NCBI GenBank assembly: GCA_904063045.1
Contig: CAJFCJ010000018.1
Location: 806,001-870,000 of the forward strand
Length of the DNA: 64,000 nt
DNA from: Dimorphilus gyrociliatus
Lineage: Eukaryota > Animalia > Annelida
Direction of reading: 5' to 3'
Shown here: positions 29,101-40,113 of the stretch, in pieces
Layout of the letters: each line of letters opens with the position of its first letter
Numbering within the stretch: the first letter of the stretch is position 1
Notes under the pieces: model-generated
Databases searched by the model: none
What the model was told of the DNA's origin: nothing
Seen by the model: the letters and a program-made list of their open reading frames with translations, nothing else
Translations under genes and position numbers: made by a program

Positions 29101-29608
29101 ACCAGTTCCGCTACTGTCTCTTGTAACCCCTACCTACCTCGAACAATTAGTATGCGGTCATTCTGATATAAAAATTGAAGTGTTAAAGCACGTCGTCAGG
29201 TATAGAGAGTTAGATGAACATTCTGAAGTTGTTAAATGGTTTTGGCATACTTTAGAATCATTTTCTAATGATGAAAAAGTATTGTTTATGCGTTTTGTTA
29301 GTGGTAGAAGTCGCTTACCAGCAAATCCTGCTGATATATCTCAAAGATTTCAATTGATGAAAGTCGATAGATCCATTGATGGACTTCCTACAGCCCAAAC
29401 ATGTTTTTTTCAGTTACGGCTGCCACCTTATAGCAGTAGAGAATCGCTTGCTAATAAATTACGTTACGCCATTCAACATTGCAGATGTATTGATATGGAT
29501 AACTATATGCTGGCCAGAAATAACGAAGCCGAAACTACTCCAACCTTATTACCGGGAAGTGTCATAATAGACTTTGAAGCTATCGATGAAGACGACTTGG
29601 TCGATTGA
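17148..29608 (+). CDS. HERC1: HERC1 giant E3 ubiquitin ligase (RLD1, SPRY, UBA-like, Cys/His module, WD40, RLD2, HECT), about 13 introns, roughly 3800 aa
   Basis: N-terminus KWNDH...LYVKL...LPEFD matches HERC1. RCC1 repeats ([34 protein letters not shown]), SPRY ([23 protein letters not shown]), WD40, and HECT with catalytic Cys ([16 protein letters not shown]) ending [13 protein letters not shown]. Intron phases checked by hand are compatible. Confidence 0.95.
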
Positions 29609-29831
29609 AAAATAATTTTGAAAACTTGTTTGTTAATGTATTTTCCCCTTGACTCAAAAAAAACTAACTGGTGCCTCGAACAGACAAATAAAAAAAAAAT
29701 AAGTATAATAGTTTTCAAAAACAAAAGCAGTATCGAAAAAATAAATTTTGTCACCTAATTCATGATAACTTGGTATTATCGTATAATATTTCGCGCCAAT
29801 TTAACATTTTTGAACACTTACAACCCTATCT

Positions 29832-29884
29832 GACAGTAGATGGCGCTTAAAAAATTAATACCATGGTAATAACAATATGGCGCT
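29832..29884 (+). promoter_or_regulatory. WDR97 promoter: CTCF-like, RFX X-box-like and YY1-like motifs
   Basis: CAGTAGATGGCGCT at 29834-29847, AATACCATGGTAAT at 29857-29870 (X-box-like palindrome core) and AATATGGCG at 29874-29882, 150-200 bp before the ATG. Confidence 0.5.
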
Positions 29885-30037
29885 GATTAAGTAATAATAG
29901 ACTTCTAATGTTTGCTAATATTGCAAAAATGGATTTCTTTTAATATAATTAAAGTAGCCGATTAATTTATAAATATTTTATTCAAATTGTCTCTTGTTTG
30001 TGCCAAATTATCTCTGAAATCTAATTTTATCAAAACT

Positions 30038-33000
30038 ATGTCGAAATTTGAAAAGCTTGTAAAAATTGAAGACACACGTCCCGAATCTCGTTTAACGGAT
30101 ATTGATAAGCTTCCTCAAAGAGATAACGAGAAGAAGGGAAGTTATTATTGGAGAATAATTCGCCATAGTGTCTGCCATGCCATAGATGTTTTAAAAAAGG
30201 CAGATGTTAAGGACGCTATCGTCAGGCATGGAGTACATCATAGAAGATGCTTGAATCATTCAGAGGACATCACTAGATTGATTTACAACAAAGTAGATAG
30301 GGTAAAGATTGAATATACAAATATGTATATATATTCACATATTTACAAAATTAACTAATAAAACACAGAATTTCATAACTCTTGATGACCAAAAAATTCG
30401 AACATTTCTGTACGATGGTCGTAAAAAAGATACAGTACCTTTGGAAAAAGATATAAATGGTCTTGTGTTTGCTACTCAAATGAATTTATTTATAGGATAT
30501 ACCCATGGTAAAAGGAAAGTGCACGTAAGAATTATCTCGTTAAATCTATACGTTATTTTAACTTTTTCGTACTGTTTAACAGTTAATGAGCCAAGAATTT
30601 GAATTGATTTCATCAGCAAAATGTTTAAAGCCTATTCAATCGGCTATATATAACGAAAATTTGAATGAACTAATTACTTTAGGCCATGGTCAAATGACGG
30701 TGACTATTTTCTTAATGAAGAGAAATATAATCATTAATTAATATTTTAAACATTTAGAATTGGGTGTTCAGATATGCTGGACGGCATATCTTACCAAAGA
30801 AATCTAATGAAGAATGCTATGATGAGAAATTTAAGTTTGAAAATCTCTGCTTAGAGGACACGGCAAGTAGGAATCAAAAGTTATTTGCCGCTTATGGGGC
30901 AGGCGTTATTGTAAGGGAATGATAGAATCGTTGCTTTTAGAGCTATTTATTTTAATCAGTATTTTTTTAAAATTATAAATAGGCATTTAACGCTTTTAAT
31001 ACGGAAGTTATTATTGAAAAACATGATTTGCACGAGTATCCTGTAACAGCAATCTGTTTCTTTAATCCTTTAAAGTACCTTTGCACAGGAGCAAAGGATG
31101 GATGCAGTAAGTTAATTTCTCAAATCTAACACTGTAATTCTATTGTCTGTTTTTTTCTAGTTAAAGTATGGAATGAAAGCTGGCACGTTCAAATTGTATT
31201 TGTTGGTCATGAATCTTCGATTCTATCGTTAGCGTTATATCCTTACGGACCTTTAATATTATCTTCCAGTATGGACAATACAATTAGGGTTTGGAGTTTA
31301 GAAACGTGCGATGAAGTGGATTTGTAAGTATTTCTAACAAAGGAAGTAATTTCTTTATTATTAAATATATATGTATTCTTTCTTAGAGTGAGAACAAAAG
31401 AGCCGGCTCTATCCCTTCAAACTTCTCTTAATGAAGATATTATATCATCACGCTCGAGACGACATGTTGATCTATGGAAAGTGCAAAATGTTCATATGCT
31501 CCATACAACCATCGGTCACCGAGTAGCGTGCATTAAAGCAACCGATCACCCTGATCATCCACTTCGTTGCATATTACTTTGTAGAGATAACAGCGTTAGA
31601 GTAACTTGTCCATCAAACGGAAACGTTCTCACAACTTTATTAATGAGCAGAAAAAACAGACTAGTAGACGCTGTCTATGCTATTGATGACGAGATAATGT
31701 TTGCTACCTTCGCAAATGGAGATATCGTTAAGGCTGATACAACGACCAATCCAGCAAGAATATTAGATATATGGAAAACTAAAAACCCTTCCAGTAAATT
31801 GATACTTTCATCAGAAATAGCACAAAGTACAAGAGTTAATAATCTTTTTGTTTTCTTTGCAGAAGCTTGTAATTACTTACTTATATATGAATACGTTGTT
31901 AATAATCATTTAAAAAGTGATACATGGGATTTTATGAAAAGAGCCGCAGGAAATAAGGCACTAAAAGTAATTGATAATAATTACTATTCAATTATATTTT
32001 AATGTATGCTTGTTTACAATTTCAGTTTCAACCCGGAATGGCAACCAGTAAAACGTTATTAATTGGTGGAAGAAAAGATGGAACACTTTGCGTTTTCAAT
32101 TGGGAGAATGGAGATGTTCAATTTGATATTGAGGTTTTTCATTGTTAAATATATGAGAAAACGTTGATATTTATACATTACTCGTAAAATAGGCACACGG
32201 CGTTAAAGGTGTACTTAGTATGATTGGAAATTCCAAAAATGATCAAGTTATCTCTGCCGGACTTGGTATTACTATTTCACTTAATAAATTATTAAATTTT
32301 ACTTTAATATCTTATTTTCACTTTAGATAATATTATAAAAGTTTGGAGAGTTTTCCCTTATTCAATGGAGTCATTAGCTCCTTTAATATCTTTTTATTGT
32401 GCTCATACCCCCGTTCACATGAGTGTTATGAGAGGAAAATTATCTGTTGCCTTTCAGGAGCATGCAAGCGCCACCTACAGTATTGTTTTGTATAATCTCC
32501 AGGACAAGGGTAAATATGATAGCTAAACAAATGCTTATATTAAATTTAATCACGCTTGAGGTGAATTATAAACCAAATAGTATTTGTTAACCTTTGTTTT
32601 TTGGTTTTATTCTAACAAAATAAAACAGTAGTATTAGACGTTTGCAGTGTGTTTTTCTTTAACATCTTTAGTATCTGAACTTGCTGAAAAGGGCCTTTTA
32701 TCCTCCCATCTTGTTCAAAATAGCGCTATGAGGAAGGAACGTTCCGAAACAGGTTTATTCAATTTCAGTTAGCTTTAATCTATTAATTTTCAATGAAGAT
32801 AATACTAACATGCTATCAACCATATTTTTTTAGATAATCCTCTAATTTTAATTCTTTGTAATTAGATTACGTAATTAGTTAACAAAAATTATTCATTGAA
32901 AATCATTATCACTCATATCACTCAATTATTTTTCATCAACTGTTCAAAATATTTTCATCAACTCTGAAACATTTTAGACCGACATGATCATGGACCAGAG

Positions 33001-36000
33001 GATGATCACATGGATACTATTACTGGATTGTCTGCGTGCTCTAAAATGAAATTGTTTGCGTCGTCTAGTCAAGATGGAACTGTAAGGATTTGGAATGAAA
33101 TGAATAATTTGATAAGGTATAAATAAAATATCTTTATCTCTTATAGAAATTCATTATTTATGGATGAATCTTCCTTTTTTTAACTAGGTGTATAAAATTG
33201 AACGCTATTCCTCATAGCGTAGTTTTTTGTAACGATAAAGGTAACTTACTTGTTGGAATTGGAGATCATGTTCATCTAATTGACTATAAGCACTGTAAGA
33301 AACATTTCTAATAATTATCACATAATAGGATATATAAAAAATGAACAAAATTCAAATATCGTTCAGATATGCCGAAGGATTATCGATTAAAGATGGTAGC
33401 AATGCAATTCGCAAAATTTATAGATGAAAAACCAATGCCGTTTGATGAGAAATTACTAGAATTACTTACAAGAGAGGATGTAAAGCGTTTAAAAGCAGCA
33501 AGGTCATCATTCAAATTTACTCATTTTGTCGATATTCTCACGGAGGTAAAGAATAGAAACTTATATATTTATTTGAATAATAGTTAAACTTTCTATATAA
33601 AATCAATAATAGGAAGAAACAGAAGAGGTTATGAAAGAGAGAAAGGTTAGAGAGAGGGCTTTTGAAAATTTAGAAAAGAGAGATGAAGAATTGAAAATGA
33701 TAATAGAAGGTACTTTAGAGCCTAAGAAGACGATAAAAATGACAGAAAAAATTAAGACTGAAGCGTTTAATAAATACCTAAGTTTGTTCTATGAAAGACC
33801 AGAAATTAAGGTATGAATAGTGACTATTTTTTAAGTTAAGAGCATAAGGTAACTTTCTAAAATTTCATTTAAAAAGCTACCTGACGTTGATCCATATCCG
33901 GAAGATACTTTAAAGGAGTATGTATTGGGTAAGGCTCCTCATGTTATAAAAAGTACGGAAAAATCAGCCCCAGAAATGCCCATCCAAAAGATCCCTACTG
34001 GTTTCTTTCCGGATACAAAAACTTCAAGCAATACTTCCATACGTAATGATTGTTTCATACCAAATTCTGTTCTTGCCAAACTCCTTTGGCCAACGGAAGA
34101 AAAAACTTATATTCAAGACGAACAACCTTGGAAACCCCCGACCTTGTCAGACGCTCAACTACGTCAGTTAAAGGTATTTCATGATTTTCTAGCTTCTTGT
34201 ATATTGCAGCAACCTTTCTTTGAAATAATTATTACGCCTCAAAGATCTTAGATCCTCTATAGTTAGATAAAAAAAAGATGATTTAATCAACACCAAATGC
34301 ATAGCTATTATAATTAAACTATCATTCTCTAAACTCTTCTTATAATTCTCACAGAAAGTAAACTTCAGGGTAAGGAAACTAGGTCTTTATAAGTGTAAGA
34401 CAAAAACAAGTTTTGTTGCTATAATCATAAAAAATAGCCGTCTGACGTCAACGTTAGCAGTTAAACAGAGTAGAAATGTAAAGATACTATTAAATTCTTG
34501 TTGTATTATTATATTTAGGGAGACGACTTGAGGAGCAATTATTCGGTAATTCAAAAAATCACTTTCAATCTGAGTTTTAGATCAAATGAAAAAAAATTAT
34601 CACTTTTTTTTTACGAGAGAAAAAGAAGCAAGAACTTTTCTTCTTCTGTTCCCTCTCTTTCATTCTATCTTTTTTCCATACAAATACAGTATATATATAT
34701 ATATATATACTGTATATACATTCACTTTTTAAGCACCATTCATTCTTTTTTCTTTTTACAACAAAATAGGGCTAAAGTTGAAACTTTTTATTCCTTTAAT
34801 TTTATATTGTTTCTCAAAAAATGACATTAAATGATATTTCTATTAGTAAAGCATTATTACTATTATTACTAAATCGTTAGCATCATTACCATTGTTATCA
34901 TCATTATAATCATCATCATAATCATGTTTACTTTAGACGGCTAAAAGCAATTACTAAACCCCTGTTTTTACAACAGTTTTTAAAATAGTAAAAACTTGCA
35001 CAAGCCTGGGCTTTTATTTTTTTTTTTGCTTTATTTATACGTTCGTTTTTTAAATTGCACAATATAACAGATGTATATATTTATATAAAAAAAAAAAAGT
35101 CATATAAATTCTATTCATGATCATATATCGATGAAGAGGAAAGTACCTATTGATTGTATTTTTCATTAATTATGTGATCTAACGCAATGTTTTTTATGCT
35201 CGTTTGCAAACTTTGGGTGCGGTTTTGCTGTGTTTGGTGGTGGCATCTGCCGATATTGATCTAAGTAAGTTTTAGTTTGTTTTACTCTTATTCACTTAAT
35301 CTATACTTTTATGAATCATTTATATGTATAATCTATACTTTACAACAAAATTTCAACACTTTTTTATCATATTTTTTTTAGCAAATTGTATCTAAAAAGT
35401 CTGGAATTTTTTAAAAAAGTATTTCAATATTAAATTATAAACTAATTCCGACTTTTTCCTATGAATTTATTATTGTTTTTGTTTAACATTCAATGTAATT
35501 TTCCAATGAATTGTTTGCATTTCATATTTATTAATTATTTACGCTTTTAGCAACCAAAACGAAAAATTAAACGTAAAAAGAAAGAGGCCACTGAGGAAAG
35601 AGTTTTGATATTTGATTATGACGACGAAGATGAAAAGAAAACAGTAGTATCTTCGTTAGGGGAATTTGATGGTGAGAAAGCTGAATCAAGACCGGAAACA
35701 GCCAAGTCCAGCAAAGTCGATGAGGAAACAGAGCCAAGTGTTATAACCTCTTTTATGGAGAAAATTAAAGATGCTTTAGAGGATAAATCTAAAACTCCAG
35801 AATTAAAAACTCCTCCAGTAAGTTGGGTAATTTTAAAAATTATCCCTAATATCCTATTCATATACAACAGATATAGAATTTAGAACTAACCCTATTTTAA
35901 CCATAGACCTTTTGTCCTTTTATGTTTTTTTTAGTTACTAACAAAAGTAACAAGAAAGAAACTATAGGTAAATCGTAGTTGTATATATTTTTATAGAGCA

Positions 36001-38788
36001 TATGCATGTACCTATAACATTGGTGAACTTTGTTCGTATTCAATGAACACATAGTTGATAAATTTCATTCACAAATTTTCAGAGTACTATTGGAAAGTTT
36101 TTTATTGGAAACTACCCGAAAATTTGTATAAACGAACATATTATAATCTGCTTATCTTTAGCACAACGCTTAGCTGTTATGATTATTCAATGAAATTATA
36201 ATAATAATATTAATAATATTTCATTCATCTATATTTATACTTCATAGGAGTTTTGTTTAAAAAGTTTAATATTGGAGTGTTTTATTCTAGAGAACGCCTA
36301 CACCTGCCAAAGTAGCCGTTCCAGAATCTAGTGCCCGAGACGTTTTAGAAGCGCAATTAAAGAGGAAAAAAGAATTGATTTCCGATAGGCAGAAATCTTC
36401 TATTATTGCACCTCCAACAAGTAGCTTTGTTAGTGAGAGGACATCGAAATATAGCTCTAAAGATTTGGGTGGCAATGCAATTTCCGTAATGATTATGAAA
36501 CATAAGATAATAATGATACAATGAATGCATTTCTCGTTTAGGAACAAGATATACCACCGGCTTCGTCCATCGGATCAAGAACGACTATTAGATCGTCAAG
36601 AACCTCATTCAAACCTGCATCAGATCAACAACCTTTAGAGACACCGGCGGAACCTAAACCTGAAAAACTACCTTACTTTATAACCCAATTTTTTGGTGAA
36701 GAATGGATGGGAAAATATTTTCCAAATTGTAATGAGAACGTAAGTAAAACAAATGATTTTTTCTTTAAAAAAAAAAAAAGAAACTTAATTATCAATAATG
36801 AAAAGCAAAATAATCTAACAAAACATTGATTATCTAATTAGCTCATGAGAAATAATGTATACATATAGATATTATATACCTATACTTTTGATATAAGATA
36901 TTTGTATGTATATATATATATTATAATATATGTGTATATATACAGGAGGGAGAATCTGAGAGAGACGTAAGTTTGGAAAAATACCAAATTTATTACCAAT
37001 AATTAAAGTGTTTTATGCTTAGTTTTTGTTACTTTTTTGCCTATTTGTTTTATTTTTACTTGTATATATATATATATATTTATATATACAGTAGAAAGAG
37101 AGAAAAAGAGAGAGAGATAGATTTGTTTTTTATTTTTTATATTATATTTGCTGAAAATTTTATCACGCTATCGCGCTTCCTTTTTTTTATCCTTGAAAAG
37201 AAGAGAGAGAAGATAAACATTTATCCTCTATTTCCTAAAATAGATATATCTTTTTAATTATAATATTTTGTTTTTATCATTTGTTTTTGTTTTTTAACCC
37301 AATTAGACAATGCCGAAACCATGGACTGTAGCTAATTTCGTAACTATGATTGCGAGATTAATACGAATTGCTGAATATAAATTAAAAGTTCAAATTATTC
37401 AGGCTTTACAATTACTATATGACCAGCACGGGATTCCAGGTATTGTTGTTGAAAGCTGCCAAAATTTTCTAACTAACTGATTTCCTCTTTCCCTCCTTTA
37501 GATCCTCCTCTTAATACAGTCATCAAAAACATTATTTCAGTATTAAATCATCATTCTTTTCCTCCAAATTGTAAAGATCCTATGGAGAAAATGTTTGTTA
37601 TCGAGAGTTTTAAATTGCTCCATTCAGTCGGTGCTAAAGACAGAGAAACTCATGTAGAACTTATTTATTACTATTTGGAAGGAGATATTAGCGTTAGAAA
37701 TTTAATAAGCGACATCTGGAAATTGTTTGGAATTAAAGATCCGCAAAATTTCTTTAAGAAAGAATTGGATGAGTGGGATATTTGGGGAATTTCAGAAAAA
37801 GATCGACCTTCGGAAATTCGTCGAATGGCTGTACATTGGTTGGAAAAATGGTTAACAAAATTTAAAGATCAGTTGGCTTCTGCCGTCGAAAAGCTAAGAA
37901 AAGGAGAAGGAATTCAAGCTCAACTAGGACAAGATCAGTTAAAAAAGAGAAATCTAAGAAATACAAGCATAGTATGAGTACTAGTATTAATTCTTTACAA
38001 AAAATAATAATCATTGAATCATTTTCACAGACTCAATCTGAATCAACAAGATCCTTAACTGTAACATTTGACATGCCTCCTGGTGAAAAAGCTGTTGATA
38101 ATGTAACATATTTAGACGCTATTAACTATTTCGTTGATATGAGACTGCAAGCTAACCTAGCTAGAATCAGGGGCGATGGTTCATTCGCCAAAAGCGACGG
38201 AGTAGAAAGGAACACTGTATTGGTACTTCCGCATTTACCAAAGTACGTTATACCTTATTCTGCTAACTAAAGATTCACTAAATGAATTAGGGAAGTGTAA
38301 ATTTATTTTAGGGGAATCTTATCATAAAGATTAGAACTCTCATCTCGTATTGTTATATTAAGATAGAAGATACTAACTTGGATAAGATATTAAAGAAAAT
38401 TAAATAGATTAATATAGAATATATTTGTATTTGTTTATATTCATCCTCTTTTTCTATATCTTTTTAGATCGCAATGTCTAGTTCGTTTAGGAATAACTCA
38501 CACAAGTCAATGCCGACCTGAACGAGAAACCAATCTCTATAATGGTGAATATACTTTTAATCATTAGTTGTTTATTGAAAATTTTCTTTATAATTCATTC
38601 TTTTTTTCTTAACAGCTAAACAAATGAAATCCAACTGTGGCGATAGCTTTCGCTGTATTAACTTACCTATGTCAACTGTTTACGTTGATCCTTTTAACAC
38701 ACAACCAGAAAAGGAAGAACCAGTTTTATTAACATTAAAAGTGTCTCAAAAATATTTTGTACCGTCAAAATCTTATGTTGTTAATTAA
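30038..38788 (+). CDS. WDR97: WD repeat-containing protein 97 (KIAA1875)-like, many short exons
   Basis: WD40 repeats (LCTGAKDGCIKVW, FVGHESSILSLALYP..ILSSSMDNTIRVW, FASSSQDGTVRIWN), DHGPEDDHMDTITGL, IPNSVLAKLLWP, and a C-terminal helical region. Spliced reading ends ...VPSKSYVVN* at 38786-38788. Confidence 0.8.
32672..32752 (+). other. 81-nt phase1-phase1 cassette exon in WDR97
   Basis: Flanked by tttag and gtttat; open in frame (VSELAEKG...RSET); skipping preserves the frame. Confidence 0.55.
34355..34369 (+). other. 15-nt candidate microexon (KVNFR) in WDR97
   Basis: ctcacag|AAAGTAAACTTCAGG|gtaagg, phase 0-0 like the flanking exons. Confidence 0.45.
34519..34545 (+). other. 27-nt candidate microexon (GDDLRSNYS) in WDR97
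   Basis: atatttag|GGAGACGACTTGAGGAGCAATTATTCG|gtaatt, phase 0-0, a GC-rich island in an AT-rich intron. Confidence 0.6.
35166..35260 (-). other. Candidate antisense terminal coding exon (DQYRQMPPPNTAKPHPKFANEHKKHCVRSHN*) nested in a WDR97 intron
   Basis: GC-rich island; minus-strand ttag acceptor; open in phase 1 for 31 codons; minus-strand AATAAA about 135-150 nt downstream. Phase matches the EEP-gene donor at 40145. Confidence 0.4.
36946..36966 (+). other. 21-nt candidate microexon (EGESERD) in WDR97
   Basis: tacag|GAGGGAGAATCTGAGAGAGAC|gtaagt, phase 0-0 between ...CNEN and TMPKPW... Confidence 0.65.
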
Positions 38789-39020
38789 AAAACAATATCT
38801 ATTGCCTATATTTATATATGCTAATTGTGTTATATTGTACGTACTGCTAATATTATATCTATATATACAATACATATATAGATAATTGCCTAATTTAGAT
38901 ATAAAGTTGAGAAATCTATATTTAATCCTAGATTGTCAAGATAGAAATAGATGGGTTCCGTATTTGTCTTAAAAGCACAGGTAGAAGAAAGAAAGGAAGG
39001 GATCAGAGATCATTTTCTTT

Positions 39021-39023
39021 TAC

Positions 39024-39068
<45 letters not shown>

Positions 39069-39090
39069 TATATATATATGTATATATACA
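39021..39090. repeat. (TA)n microsatellite, interrupted
   Basis: About 70 bp of TA repeats. Shorter TA runs occur near 34688, 36908, 37063 and 43700. Confidence 0.9.
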
Positions 39091-40113
39091 TTAAAATTAA
39101 AGTATATTTAAAGAATCGGTCCAAATATGAACGAAAAATAAAAAATAAGAAACATTTGAACAAAGAACATTTCGGGTATTTTATGATACTAAGAAACAGG
39201 GAAATATGAGAAGAACATTCAGATAAAAATAAAAAAAAAAAGAAGACAGAATAAAATAGAAATTGATTATTAAAAAAAAGTGTAAGAAATACAGATAAGA
39301 AACTGTATAGAAATGAAATAATTGAGAAATTGCGAAATGTGCAATAAATAATAAAAATGTAACAGATTAGGATAAGAGTATATGCGAATAGATATTGAAT
39401 AGTAATTAAAAAAAAAAGATACCTTTAAAAATGCTAAAGAATTAAAAACTAATGGTGTAATAATTCTAATATTAATAATAAAAAGGTTTAGAATGTAATT
39501 ATTAAGAACAAAAATAAATTATACTATTGAAACAATTAGAAAAAAAAAGATGTTATACTAAAAATACGTCAAATAGTTCTTAAATCATTCCTTTCATTTT
39601 ATTTTTGCTTTTCGTCAATCCAGGAAGTGTATTATATCCAGCTAACAAGCAGGTAAAATTTTTGTCAATTTTTATGGCAATAGCAATCAAATATAATTAA
39701 AATCTATTGATATTATCTTTTAAAATTAATATAAGATAATATATACTGTATATACTGCTATATAAAGTATATGTATGTATATACTATATATATCGTATAT
39801 ATGTTAAGTATTTAATCTATAGCTACCAAGCATAGATAAATAGATATCATAATTATGTCTCTTTTTCGTCAAAGTTAACTTTTTGTTTATAATCATAAAA
39901 TTAGAAAAATCATGGATAAAAAGCATTTAAAGTAATATTTTCCTATTATTTAATAGCATGTTTTTTAAAGCTATTCTTCACTCTGTCTCTTAACTCTCTC
40001 TCTCTGTATATCTATTTATCCATGACATCTAGATGAAATATAAGAGGAAAACAATGTCAATAATAGGTAATATCTTCGTCGAACGGACGATACCGCTCGA
40101 ATTCCCGGTCTAG

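Noticed and set aside
35187-35264. Plus-strand reading of the GC island as a signal-peptide exon ending in gtaagt
   Set aside because: The ATG frame stops before the donor, the hydrophobic frame has no ATG, and there is no upstream AG acceptor; the minus-strand reading fits better.
34528-37257. ORFs 34528-34824 and 37015-37257 rich in I/Y/F
   Set aside because: Products of (TA)n and poly-T intron sequence.
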